DNA of 64,000 nt from a virus. Of the stretch, positions 1 through 8,800 are shown piece after piece. Under the pieces are notes generated by a model that did no database searches, had not been told where the DNA came from, and was given only the letters and a program-made list of their open reading frames with translations. The DNA lies in IMG/VR virus record IMGVR_UViG_3300008267_000003, positions 98,012 to 162,011 of that record. The stretch is one strand, 5' to 3'. Each line of letters begins with the position of its first letter. Within the stretch, counting starts at the first letter, position 1. The position numbers were made by a program, and so were the translations under genes.

Positions 1-2
1 TC

Positions 3-233
3 AGAGTCATAGCAAGTGCCTGGAACGAGTATGAGCAGGTAGCAGAACAAGAAAAGATTCTTTTGAAAAAATATCCAAAGAATATTTGGGTAGAAGAGTA
101 TGTTGGTGTAACAGATAAAACTTATAAATTTTCAGGTGTAACAGAGTGTGTTAGTTTAACATACAATCAGGTTGTAGAAGCAAGAAAATATATGTATAAT
201 TTGAGAGAGGAGTGGGGTAATGATAAGCACTAG
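3..233 (+). CDS. 3' end of a gene truncated by the window edge (possibly GIY-YIG/T5orf172-like C-terminus)
   Basis: Frame 3 is open from the edge: RVIASAWNEY...KFSGVTECV...WGNDKH-TAG; overlaps the next start. Confidence 0.55.
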   Translation, partial: RVIASAWNEYEQVAEQEKILLKKYPKNIWVEEYVGVTDKTYKFSGVTECVSLTYNQVVEARKYMYNLREEWGNDKH

Positions 234-642
234 TATATGGGTAACATTTCAGAAAGAGGGTATCCACAAGTACCCAGCTGCAACATCAGACCCTAAACTT
301 GCTGAAGTATCGTTTCTAGGATATCCACACCGACATATGTTCCATTTCAAAGTGGAGCTAGAGGTGTTTCACGATGACCGTGATGTTGAATTTATTTTGT
401 TGAAGCGTGAGTTAGAAGGCCTATATAATACAGGCACGCTTCAACTTAATAATATGTCCTGTGAGATGATTGCTAGAGAACTTCTTACCTATATGCATGA
501 GAACTACCGTGGTCGCAACTGTACAATTAGTGTCAGTGAAGATAACGAGAATGGTTGTACACTTGTTTATAAAAAAGACGCGACACTAGAACCTGGTAAG
601 TCTATAGATTTCACTAAAGCTCAACTTGCTGACTGGAAATAA
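220..642 (+). CDS. dpdL: QueD-paralog T-fold protein, DpdL-like (7-carboxy-7-deazaguanine decarboxylase-like)
   Basis: LGYPHRHMF fits the LxxxHRHxF signature, not the QueD CxxxHGH; T-fold SCE and VSED-ENG motifs; adjacent to a DpdA-like gene. Confidence 0.7.
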   Translation: MISTSIWVTFQKEGIHKYPAATSDPKLAEVSFLGYPHRHMFHFKVELEVFHDDRDVEFILLKRELEGLYNTGTLQLNNMSCEMIARELLTYMHENYRGRNCTISVSEDNENGCTLVYKKDATLEPGKSIDFTKAQLADWK

Positions 643-644
643 TT

Positions 645-1496
645 ATGGCTACATTTTGTCATATTGCACCGATCCCCCATCTTGAAATTGTTAAGGGAGC
701 ATCAACACACTTACTACTTGCTCATCTAGTTGAGCAGAGTCCTGAATACGTTGACTTCTACCTTCAAGAACAAAAGAACGGTAGTACGTTGATTCTTGAC
801 AACTCTGCTTTTGAAATGTACAAGCAGAATAGACCAATGTATGATATTAACAACCTAATTAACATGGCCAGAAAGGTCAATGCTAACTATGTCGTGATGT
901 CGGACTATCCCAATGACTATGGATCAAAAACAATTAAGGCTGCAGAACAACTAGCCCCACAACTACGAGCGGAAGGCTTTGGTACCTTCTTCTGTCCCCA
1001 ATCAAAGATAGGAGATAGAGATGACTTGTTCAATGCTTTTGAGTGGGCAGCTGATTCTGATCACGTTGATTACATTGGCGTATCCATACTTGCAATTCCA
1101 AACGCATATGCAGTCGAGAAAGGTAATAAACTACAACGGTTTGTAAGTCGTTTCATGTTTATGCAAGAGCTATACGATTGTGGTATCTTATCTAAGATCA
1201 AAGCTAATGGTAAAAAGATCCACATGCTTGGTATGCTTGATGGTCCTGGTGAGATTAGATTGATGAGTCAGTTCAGTGAGTATATCAATACATGGGATAG
1301 CAGTGCTGCTATTTGGCTTGGTCTTCATGCTGGTAGAACATTTGACGACTCTCCTACCGGTCTACTACATGGTAAGTACGAGGAAGAGGTTGACTTCAAC
1401 TACCGCAACGACAAAAGCGTGTTGACTGCAATCATCAATAAGAGTATAATTGACAACTATGTTCAGATATACCTAATGGAGAGTGAAGATGCCTAA
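645..1496 (+). CDS. dpdA: DpdA/TGT-like 7-deazaguanine transglycosylase
   Basis: TGT-fold motifs LILDNSAF, IHMLG and TWDSS; follows the QueD paralog. Confidence 0.65.
   Translation: MATFCHIAPIPHLEIVKGASTHLLLAHLVEQSPEYVDFYLQEQKNGSTLILDNSAFEMYKQNRPMYDINNLINMARKVNANYVVMSDYPNDYGSKTIKAAEQLAPQLRAEGFGTFFCPQSKIGDRDDLFNAFEWAADSDHVDYIGVSILAIPNAYAVEKGNKLQRFVSRFMFMQELYDCGILSKIKANGKKIHMLGMLDGPGEIRLMSQFSEYINTWDSSAAIWLGLHAGRTFDDSPTGLLHGKYEEEVDFNYRNDKSVLTAIINKSIIDNYVQIYLMESEDA
1422..1450 (+). promoter_or_regulatory. sigma70-type promoter inside the 3' end of dpdA
   Basis: TTGACT-17 nt-TATAAT, 33 nt upstream of ORF 1483. Confidence 0.7.
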
Positions 1497-1872
1497 TTAT
1501 CAATATAATGAAGATGTTTACCTTGCGGACATTAAGAAATATCTTGATTCTACGTATGGTCAGCATTATGTGGCTAAAGATATACAAGTGGTGGATGTGT
1601 GGGAGTCTCTTGGTTCGCTTGAATCAACAGCACGTGATACTGCTATCAAATACCTGTGTCGGTATGGTAAGAAGGATGGTAAGAATAGGAAAGATCTATT
1701 AAAAGCCATTCACTATATTATTTTAATGATGTATGCTGGTGAAGAAGAACAACAAGCTGAAAAGCTTCAGAAAGTTTTTCAGCAAAGGCCACTTGGGCCA
1801 CTTGATCCACAACAAGACATTCGTGATGCTTATGAAAGGGTAGATTATCATGATTCATATTCTGGGAAGTAA
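1483..1872 (+). CDS. DUF3310-like nucleotide-modification-associated protein
   Basis: HY...AIKYLCRYGKKDGKNRKDLLKAIHY pattern. Confidence 0.65.
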   Translation: MKMPNYQYNEDVYLADIKKYLDSTYGQHYVAKDIQVVDVWESLGSLESTARDTAIKYLCRYGKKDGKNRKDLLKAIHYIILMMYAGEEEQQAEKLQKVFQQRPLGPLDPQQDIRDAYERVDYHDSYSGK

Positions 1873-2356
1873 TAGCAATTCAACCCTCACTGAGGTGCAA
1901 GAAGGAGACTCTCAACCAAATGCAATTGACCTTCGTTTGGATAGAGTGTTTGCTATGAATAATGCTGAGTTTGTTATTGATAACGAATCAAAGAAGCATC
2001 GTGGTACATACGAATGGTTACCAGATGCTGATGGTTGGTATCACTTGAACGAGGGTACGTATGAGATAGTAATGGAGAACATCATCCATATTGGTCCTGA
2101 TGAGGCTGGTTGGGTTATTACCCGATCAACTTTAAATCGTAATGGTGTATTCATTACATCTGGACTCTATGATTCTGGATACCATGGTGTGATGGCTGGT
2201 GCATTGCACGTGCGTGGTGGTCCAGTAAAGATTAAGAAAGGAACACGTGTAGCACAGTTCCTACTTTTTAAAGCAGAAGCATTATCCGAGTACAACGGCT
2301 CATATGGTTTGAAAAGTGAGCATGATAAAAAATATACACAAGGAGTTTTACAATGA
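1850..2356 (+). CDS. dCTP deaminase / trimeric dUTPase family
   Basis: QPNAIDLRL, RSTLNRNG, GLYDSGYHG, RVAQ motifs. Confidence 0.85.
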   Translation: MIHILGSNSNSTLTEVQEGDSQPNAIDLRLDRVFAMNNAEFVIDNESKKHRGTYEWLPDADGWYHLNEGTYEIVMENIIHIGPDEAGWVITRSTLNRNGVFITSGLYDSGYHGVMAGALHVRGGPVKIKKGTRVAQFLLFKAEALSEYNGSYGLKSEHDKKYTQGVLQ

Positions 2357-3318
2357 GTGAAGGTTTCAAATTACAAATAAGCATTGAGGAGCTACAGAAA
2401 CGTAAGTTGTTTCTTGCTGTTCCAATGTACGGTGGTCAGTGCGCTGGTATGTTCACACGATCAGTAGCAGACCTGTCGGCTGTGTGTACTAAACACGGTA
2501 TTCCTCTACAGCTCTTCTTCCTTTTTAACGAGTCTCTTGTTACACGTGCACGTAACTACTGTGTAGATGAGTTTATGCGTTCTGGTGCAACCCACCTGAT
2601 GTTTATCGATAGTGATATTGGATTTAATCCACAGGATGTTATCGCTATGCTGGCTATGCAGTCGGATGAAAGTCCATATGATGTTATTGGTGGTCCTTAT
2701 CCTAAGAAATGTATTTCATGGGAGAAGATTAAGCAAGCGGTTGATAAGGGTATGGCAGACGAGAATCCAAATCAACTTGAGAAGTATGTTGGTGACTATG
2801 TGTTTAATCCTAAAACAACACAGCGCGAGATTCCTCTCAACCAACCAGTTGAAGTTCTCGAGATTGGTACTGGTTTCATGATGGTTCGTCGTAAGACATT
2901 TGAAGACTATCAGAAAGCATATCCACACCTCTACTACAAACCAGATCATGTGCGTACAGAGCATTTTGATGGTACTCGTGAAATCATGGCTTACTTTGAT
3001 TGCGTTATTGACCGTGGATACGGTTACGAGAATCTTCACCAGTTGTTGCGTGATGTTGCTGAAGGTAAAGAAGGCCTCCAGGATATCGCTAAACGTATGG
3101 TAGATGGAGAACAGCATTCATCTAAACGTTATCTGTCAGAAGACTATATGTTCTGTTACAATGTACAGCGTATGGGTGGCAAAGTATTCTTCTGTCCATG
3201 GATGCAATTGCAACACGTTGGTAGCTATGTGTTTGGTGGTTCGTTAGCTGACCTCGCATCGATTGGTGCATCTGCAACTGCTGATACAAGTAAACTCAAA
3301 CACAAATCCAAGAAGTAA
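2353..3318 (+). CDS. GT-A fold glycosyltransferase-like protein
   Basis: LAVPMYGG, ESLVTRARN, HLMFIDSDI (DxD), GTGFMM, YLSEDYMFC. Confidence 0.75.
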   Translation: MSEGFKLQISIEELQKRKLFLAVPMYGGQCAGMFTRSVADLSAVCTKHGIPLQLFFLFNESLVTRARNYCVDEFMRSGATHLMFIDSDIGFNPQDVIAMLAMQSDESPYDVIGGPYPKKCISWEKIKQAVDKGMADENPNQLEKYVGDYVFNPKTTQREIPLNQPVEVLEIGTGFMMVRRKTFEDYQKAYPHLYYKPDHVRTEHFDGTREIMAYFDCVIDRGYGYENLHQLLRDVAEGKEGLQDIAKRMVDGEQHSSKRYLSEDYMFCYNVQRMGGKVFFCPWMQLQHVGSYVFGGSLADLASIGASATADTSKLKHKSKK

Positions 3319-3334
3319 CTAAGGATATTACATT

Positions 3335-4012
3335 ATGAAACTAAGTGCAAGAACAATTCAGGTTTTGAAGAGCTTTGCTCAGATTAATCCTTCTTTGATC
3401 TTTACACCTGGTAATGAAATCAAGACAGTATCACCACAGAAAACTATCCTAGCTAAAGCTACTATTGCTGAAACAATTCCTCAGCAGTTTGCTATCTACG
3501 ACCTGGTTAAGTTTCTTGGTGTACTGTCGTTGTTCAACGATCCAGATCTTGAGATCAATAACAAATTCATTACTATCAAAGGTGGAAGCTCCAATCTAAA
3601 TTTTGTTTACTGCTCACCAGATATGGTAGTTCAGCCTCCTAAAAAGATGATCGAGCTACCAAACGATTGTGTTGAGAAAACAATAACACCAGCAACTCTT
3701 CAGTCGGTAATGAAAGCAGTTGGTGTACTTCAACTACCAGATGTTGCCTTTGTAGGCAAAGATGGTAAACTCACCATGGAAGCTTTGGATACCAAACCAA
3801 ACAATCCTAATCAAGATAATATCAGTAACAATTTCTCTATAGACATAGGAGAAACTGTTAAAACTTTTAAGATGATCATCAAAGCTGAAAACCTAAAGAT
3901 CATGAATGAAGAGTATACGCTGAAAATATCTCCTCAAGGCCTTTGCCATTTCAAAGGTTCTGATGTAGAGTATTGGATTGCTTGTGAGGAACATTCAACT
4001 TACCTGGGATAA
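3335..4012 (+). CDS. gp45: Sliding clamp (T4 gp45)
   Basis: MKLSxxT..LKSFAQINPS, FAIYDL..FL, YWIA C-terminus; synteny 45-44-62-regA. Confidence 0.93.
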   Translation: MKLSARTIQVLKSFAQINPSLIFTPGNEIKTVSPQKTILAKATIAETIPQQFAIYDLVKFLGVLSLFNDPDLEINNKFITIKGGSSNLNFVYCSPDMVVQPPKKMIELPNDCVEKTITPATLQSVMKAVGVLQLPDVAFVGKDGKLTMEALDTKPNNPNQDNISNNFSIDIGETVKTFKMIIKAENLKIMNEEYTLKISPQGLCHFKGSDVEYWIACEEHSTYLG

Positions 4013-4015
4013 TTA

Positions 4016-4957
4016 ATGATTCGTGATGACTTTCTTTGGGTTGAGAAATACAGACCTAAAACTATTGATAATGCTATTCTCCCTGACTCTCTAAAAAAGA
4101 CATTTCAACAATTTGTTGATCAGGGAGAAATTCCAAACCTATTGTTGGCAGGTCGAGCTGGTGTTGGTAAGACAACAGTAGCTCGAGCTATGATTGAGCA
4201 GCTTGAGTGTGATTACCTGATCATCAACGGATCGATGAATGGTAACATTGATACCCTACGAAATGAGATTAAAGAGTTTGCTTCAGCGATCTCTTTTTCT
4301 GGTGGTCGTAAGTATGTTATTCTTGACGAAGCTGATTATCTCAATCCTAATAGTACACAACCAGCTCTTCGCAACTTCATGGAAGAGTTTTCAAGAAACT
4401 GTGGATTTATTCTCACAGCCAACTTTAGTAACCGTATCATTGAACCTCTCCATAGCAGATGCTCGGTAATTGACTTTAAGATCGAAAGAGATCACAAGCC
4501 GCTAATGGCAAAGGATATGTTCAAGCGTGCTTGCACTATCCTAGATACAGAAGGTGTTTCCTACGATTCAAAAGCAGTGGTTGAGGTTGTTAAGAAGTTC
4601 TTTCCTGATATGCGTCGTATCCTCAACGAGCTTCAGAGATACTCTGCTACCGGTAAGATTGATAGCGGTATCCTTGTTAACTTCTCTGAGGAGAATCTAA
4701 AGACTCTCATGGACCTTCTCAAACAGAAGAACTTTACAGAGGTCCGTAAATGGGTTGGTGAGAATAACGACATAGACACTACAACGTTCTTTAGACGCTT
4801 GTACGACTCCGCTTCACAGTATATGAAGCCTGGATCTATTCCGATGCTCGTCATGACTATTGCCGACTACCAGTATAAGGCTGCGTTTGTTGCTGATCAT
4901 GAGATAAATATCCTTGCTTGTCTAACAGAACTAATGGCAGAGGGAGAATTTAAATGA
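4016..4957 (+). CDS. gp44: Clamp loader large subunit (T4 gp44)
   Basis: LWVEKYRP, Walker A GRAGVGKT, DEAD, SRC. Confidence 0.96.
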   Translation: MIRDDFLWVEKYRPKTIDNAILPDSLKKTFQQFVDQGEIPNLLLAGRAGVGKTTVARAMIEQLECDYLIINGSMNGNIDTLRNEIKEFASAISFSGGRKYVILDEADYLNPNSTQPALRNFMEEFSRNCGFILTANFSNRIIEPLHSRCSVIDFKIERDHKPLMAKDMFKRACTILDTEGVSYDSKAVVEVVKKFFPDMRRILNELQRYSATGKIDSGILVNFSEENLKTLMDLLKQKNFTEVRKWVGENNDIDTTTFFRRLYDSASQYMKPGSIPMLVMTIADYQYKAAFVADHEINILACLTELMAEGEFK

Positions 4958-5133
4958 CATTACTAAGCGAATACGAACAAGGTCCAATCAACTCTAGAGT
5001 ATTCAGATTAAACGATGGTAACTATCAGGTACTCGTGTTCAATGCATTAAGTGGTAAAGAAGTAGCCGAATTCTTTAAGAACTATGAACAGGCTACAAAC
5101 TTTGCGGAATCCAGAATGCTACTTAATGAGTAA
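4954..5133 (+). CDS. Small hypothetical protein (59 aa), not in the ORF track
   Basis: ATGA overlap with the gp44 stop, GGAG SD; MTLLSEYEQG...MLLNE. Confidence 0.7.
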   Translation: MTLLSEYEQGPINSRVFRLNDGNYQVLVFNALSGKEVAEFFKNYEQATNFAESRMLLNE

Positions 5134-5413
5134 AATTATAGTTGGAATTATTCAGTGGATACGTAATGACTATACTTCTTATCATTTCCGCTTTATTGCC
5201 GAGCTTGTTGCTTGGGGGATTAGTATTGGGTGTAGCATTACTATGGCACTTACCGTACCAACTCCTCCCCTCTTGGTTCTTTACCCTGTGTGGATTCTTG
5301 GCTGCACTATCTATGCTTGGGCTTCTTGGACTCGCAGGAGTTTTGGTATGCTGGCTAACTACATACTCTTAGTCACTATTGATACAATTGGTCTTATAAG
5401 AATGTTAACATGA
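5126..5413 (+). CDS. Small membrane protein
   Basis: Hydrophobic ORF, start reassigned to MSKII. Confidence 0.65.
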   Translation: MSKIIVGIIQWIRNDYTSYHFRFIAELVAWGISIGCSITMALTVPTPPLLVLYPVWILGCTIYAWASWTRRSFGMLANYILLVTIDTIGLIRMLT

Positions 5414-5787
5414 ATGTTTTTGAATTTGTAAATGCAATCAATTCCACCAAGCAAGACCTTCTAAGCGATCCAGCTTTGGAGAGACATTACTCCCCATACA
5501 TGGTGAATAAGGCTCTTTCATACTTCCCGGATACGATGTTGTATGCCAATGAAATGAACCGTAATTCCCACATAGACTCTAAGCTTCAGTTTCATTTTTT
5601 TCTAAATAGTATAAGACCTGCAAAGCGATTTGCAAAGTGGGTGAAGAAACAAAATGATAATGACCTTACTGCTGTCATGGAATATTATGGTTATAGTCCT
5701 GAAAAAGCCAAAAGTGCATTATCCATCCTTTCTTCAGATCAAATGATCACTATAAAACAAAAATTAGAAAAAGGTGGACAATTATGA
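5410..5787 (+). CDS. gp62: Clamp loader small subunit (T4 gp62)
   Basis: YSPYMVNKALSYFPDT..YANEMN, KRFAKW, YYGYS.EKA; synteny. Confidence 0.92.
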   Translation: MNVFEFVNAINSTKQDLLSDPALERHYSPYMVNKALSYFPDTMLYANEMNRNSHIDSKLQFHFFLNSIRPAKRFAKWVKKQNDNDLTAVMEYYGYSPEKAKSALSILSSDQMITIKQKLEKGGQL

Positions 5788-6179
5788 ACATTATTGACAA
5801 TCTTGTCGAGGTTGCGTTATCTTCTGAGGAAGACTTCTTAAAAATTAAAGAAACCCTGACACGTATTGGTGTTGCATCAAGAAAAGACAAGAAGCTATTT
5901 CAGTCTTGTCATATTCTGCATAAGCAAGGAAGATATTACATTGTGCATTTCAAAGAGCTATTTGCACTAGATGGTAAACCCTCCAATTTCTCAGATGATG
6001 ATAAGGCCAGACGTAACACAATTATTAACCTCATTGCAGAGTGGGGTCTAGTTAAGTTAGTCAATCCTCAGAAATCAAGCAGTCCAGTGGCTCCATTCTC
6101 ACAGGTAAAGGTCATCACTCACAAGGAAAAGGGTGAGTGGGAACTTGTTGCCAAATACAATATAGGTAAGAAAAAGTAA
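5784..6179 (+). CDS. regA: Translational repressor RegA
   Basis: DFLKIKETLTRIGVAS, QSCHILHKQGRYYIVHFKELF. Confidence 0.96.
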   Translation: MNIIDNLVEVALSSEEDFLKIKETLTRIGVASRKDKKLFQSCHILHKQGRYYIVHFKELFALDGKPSNFSDDDKARRNTIINLIAEWGLVKLVNPQKSSSPVAPFSQVKVITHKEKGEWELVAKYNIGKKK

Positions 6180-6797
6180 TTGGAATCATCTAAAAAATGG
6201 GATTATAGATTCCTGGAGTTAGCGGAATCTGTATCCAAGTGGTCTAAGGATCCCTCAACAAAGGTAGGTAGTGTTATAGTTGACTCAAAGCGTAGAGTCA
6301 TTGGTATGGGTTATAATGGATTCCCACGTGGTGTTGATGATAGTGAAGAACGGTACAATGACCGGGAAACTAAGCTACTTTTTGTCTGTCATGCAGAGCG
6401 AAATGCGCTAGACAATGCCCCGGGCAGTGTTGAGGGAGCAACACTATACGCTACTATGTTCCCCTGCAACGAATGTTGTAAAAGTATTATCCAGAAAGGT
6501 ATTACTAAAGTAGTAACATTTGTACCTAGCAGGGCAAAATATCTGTTGTACAAATATGATAACTCATATACAATGTTAAGTGAGTCTGGTGTGAAGGTTT
6601 ACCAGTATGATTATGGACTTTATGAGGGGTGGAAAAATGGAAGTAATGGATCGAACAAAGCTACAGAAACTCCTGGAATCAAACGTGTGCAAAGTGTCGT
6701 TCACGAAACAGGACGGCACAGTACGGGATATGGTTTGTACACTGAAGGACTCGATTATCGTTCCACACGAAAAGAAGACAGATCGAGTGAAGACTGA
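6180..6797 (+). CDS. cd: dCMP deaminase (TTG start; C-terminal extension overlaps the next gene)
   Basis: SKDPSTKVG, GYNGFPRG, HAERNA, PCNECC. Confidence 0.9.
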   Translation: MESSKKWDYRFLELAESVSKWSKDPSTKVGSVIVDSKRRVIGMGYNGFPRGVDDSEERYNDRETKLLFVCHAERNALDNAPGSVEGATLYATMFPCNECCKSIIQKGITKVVTFVPSRAKYLLYKYDNSYTMLSESGVKVYQYDYGLYEGWKNGSNGSNKATETPGIKRVQSVVHETGRHSTGYGLYTEGLDYRSTRKEDRSSED

Positions 6798-6888
6798 AAA
6801 TAACAACGTAATGGCGGTTTGGGATGCTGAAAAAAACGCTTGGCGTTCTTTCAAGATCGATAGTATAATATCATTCCAACCTTTGTGA
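6637..6888 (+). CDS. SH3-like/WYL_2-type small protein
   Basis: VSFTKQDGTVRDMVCTL...VWDAEKNAWRSFK; GAGG SD. Confidence 0.7.
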   Translation: MEVMDRTKLQKLLESNVCKVSFTKQDGTVRDMVCTLKDSIIVPHEKKTDRVKTENNNVMAVWDAEKNAWRSFKIDSIISFQPL

Positions 6889-6895
6889 GGATATC

Positions 6896-7117
6896 ATGTA
6901 CCAACGTAAAGCTAATATGAAACCTGCAGCTTTGCAGGATGGTTGTAACGTATCTCTGCGCTCTCTCATTGCGTTTATTGAAGACTGTGAGAAGACCCTC
7001 AAAGCTAAGGGTCAAGAAGATGAGGCGTTCCGTTTCGAGTGTATTGCTGAGTATCTGAGAAAAGATTTTAGCCCTTCTAAGGGTTTAACCTTCAAGTCAG
7101 GGGTGCTTGGATTATAA
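6896..7117 (+). CDS. Hypothetical protein
   Basis: GAGG SD, intact ORF. Confidence 0.7.
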   Translation: MYQRKANMKPAALQDGCNVSLRSLIAFIEDCEKTLKAKGQEDEAFRFECIAEYLRKDFSPSKGLTFKSGVLGL

Positions 7118-7120
7118 ATA
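7113..7120 (+). promoter_or_regulatory. T4-type late promoter
   Basis: Exact TATAAATA at a gene end, upstream of phoH. Confidence 0.7.
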
Positions 7121-7176
7121 CTAAAAACATCACAGGATTATTGCATGCACTATAAACAAGTATTGCAGTAGTAAGG

Positions 7177-7210
7177 AAAGGCACACTAGCTTAGGCTGTG
7201 TGCCTTTTTT
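7177..7210 (+). terminator. Intrinsic terminator upstream of phoH
   Basis: AAAGGCACAC/GTGTGCCTTT stem followed by a U-tract. Confidence 0.75.
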
Positions 7211-7241
7211 GTTTTCTAAACTCTAACAAGAAGGACAGCGC

Positions 7242-7985
7242 ATGAAACACAAAGCAAGAACTGCTGAAGCCTCCATCCACCAATTTCCAGATCAAACGAA
7301 AAGGAAACTCAAACTAAAAATCGATGACTTAAACGTCTTTGATGCTCTCACCAAAAACCAATCTAAATTCTTTGAACTATACAAACAAGGAGCACAAGCA
7401 ATTATGCTGCATGGTGCAGCTGGTACTGGTAAAACGTTTATTGCGCTTTACAAAGCACTGGAAGAGGTTATGGATAGAAGTAACCCATACCAGAAAGTAG
7501 TGTTGGTCAGATCTGTAGTTCCTTCCCGAGAAATTGGTCACCTACCAGGAGATGAAAAAGAAAAGACAGATGTTTATGTAGCACCTTATAGAGCCATTTG
7601 CCAGGATCTTTTTGATACTGAGCAAGCATATGAAAGGTTGGTGGAGCAGAAGAATATTGAGTTTATGATTACTTCGTTTGTTAGAGGCATCACTATTGAT
7701 AACGCTGTCATCATAGTTGACGAATGTCAGAACATGAATTTCCAAGAGCTCAGTTCTATTATTACTAGAGTAGGAGAAAACACAAAGATTATATTCTGTG
7801 GTGATTTCAAACAAACCGATCTATGCAAGAAGCATGATCAATCAGGCCTCAAGGATTTCGTAGAGGTAGTTAACAAAATGCCATCATTCAGAAATGTTGA
7901 ATTTGGTATTGAAGATATTGTTCGCAGTTCTCTTGTAAAGGAGTTTATTGTAGCAAATTTACATATTCAATCTATAAAAAGTTGA
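7242..7985 (+). CDS. phoH: PhoH-family ATPase
   Basis: GAAGTGKT, IGHLPG, RGIT, IVDECQN, GDFKQTD, IVRS. Confidence 0.95.
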   Translation: MKHKARTAEASIHQFPDQTKRKLKLKIDDLNVFDALTKNQSKFFELYKQGAQAIMLHGAAGTGKTFIALYKALEEVMDRSNPYQKVVLVRSVVPSREIGHLPGDEKEKTDVYVAPYRAICQDLFDTEQAYERLVEQKNIEFMITSFVRGITIDNAVIIVDECQNMNFQELSSIITRVGENTKIIFCGDFKQTDLCKKHDQSGLKDFVEVVNKMPSFRNVEFGIEDIVRSSLVKEFIVANLHIQSIKS

Positions 7986-8012
7986 CTTTCTATAGGAGAT
8001 AAGGTATAAATA
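7982..8012 (+). promoter_or_regulatory. Dual sigma70/late promoter of hsp20
   Basis: TTGACT-17-TATAAA, where the -10 is also TATAAATA (8005-8012). Confidence 0.7.
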
Positions 8013-8075
8013 GGGATGCGTTGCCTTCGGGGACGCATTCTTAATTTAACCTTGCTTAATAGGAGGTCTTCAATG
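8013..8075 (+). promoter_or_regulatory. ROSE-like RNA thermometer in the hsp20 5' UTR
   Basis: ACCUUGCU (8049-8056) pairs with AGGAGGU (8061-8067) with a bulged G; an upstream UUCG hairpin. Confidence 0.7.
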
Positions 8076-8588
8076 ACTAATCTAGTAGACGCACTCGCTA
8101 ACACTTTTGCTTTCGGCCCTGGCTTCAAATACGGAACAAAAGACATGGACAAATTCTTTGTTGGTTTTGATGAGCAATTCAACAAAATGGCAAAGCTACA
8201 TGATGAAGTAACAAAAAACATTCCCAACTACCCTCCATACAATATCAAGAAAGTAAGCGATAGTAAGTATACTATTGAGCTTGCAGTTGCTGGTTTTGCC
8301 AAGCAAGATATTGAACTTGAGTTTGTCGATAACAAATTAATTATTACTGGCAAAGCATCAGATGATAGTGAAAATGAGCACTTCCTGTTCAAAGGAATTG
8401 CTAATAGAGCATTCACTCGTACATTTGTTCTTGACGACCAAGTCGAGATTCAAAACGCTGAGATGTTGAATGGAATGTTAAAGATTTTCCTTGAGCGTAT
8501 TATTCCAGAGCATAAAAAGCCCAAGAAAATTGAAATCAATGAGAAACCTTCAAATGGGAACAAAGAGTTCTTGACGGAGGAAAAATGA
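8073..8588 (+). CDS. hsp20: Small heat-shock protein (Hsp20/IbpA)
   Basis: NYPPYNI, IELAVAGF, KGIANRAFTRTF, NGMLKIFLER; start reassigned after AGGAGG. Confidence 0.95.
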   Translation: MTNLVDALANTFAFGPGFKYGTKDMDKFFVGFDEQFNKMAKLHDEVTKNIPNYPPYNIKKVSDSKYTIELAVAGFAKQDIELEFVDNKLIITGKASDDSENEHFLFKGIANRAFTRTFVLDDQVEIQNAEMLNGMLKIFLERIIPEHKKPKKIEINEKPSNGNKEFLTEEK

Positions 8589-8761
8589 GCGAATTTATTC
8601 AGAACATTCTCGAAGTGACGAGGAAGTTTCTGTTTAATGAACCAAGCTCAGCACAATTTTCCAAAACAGAACTTCAGTACTTGAATCAATCTGTTGACCA
8701 CTGTGACCTTGAGCACAGAATGAAACAGCTTGAAAGAAAGCACACCCACCTTCGTTATTAA
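8585..8761 (+). CDS. Small protein, DUF3563-like (58 aa), not in the ORF track
   Basis: ATGA overlap, GGAGG SD; motif YLNQSVDHCDLEHRMKQLE. Confidence 0.6.
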   Translation: MSEFIQNILEVTRKFLFNEPSSAQFSKTELQYLNQSVDHCDLEHRMKQLERKHTHLRY

Positions 8762-8764
8762 CAT

Positions 8765-8790
8765 AAGGGGACGCAATGTCCCCTTTCTTT
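8765..8790 (+). terminator. Intrinsic terminator
   Basis: AAGGGGAC-GCAAT-GTCCCCTT followed by a U-rich tail. Confidence 0.75.
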
Positions 8791-8800
8791 AAGGAAATAT

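Noticed and set aside
220-642. Canonical QueD / queuosine tRNA pathway
   Set aside because: Lacks the CxxxHGH motif; the context with a DpdA-like gene and replication genes favours DNA modification
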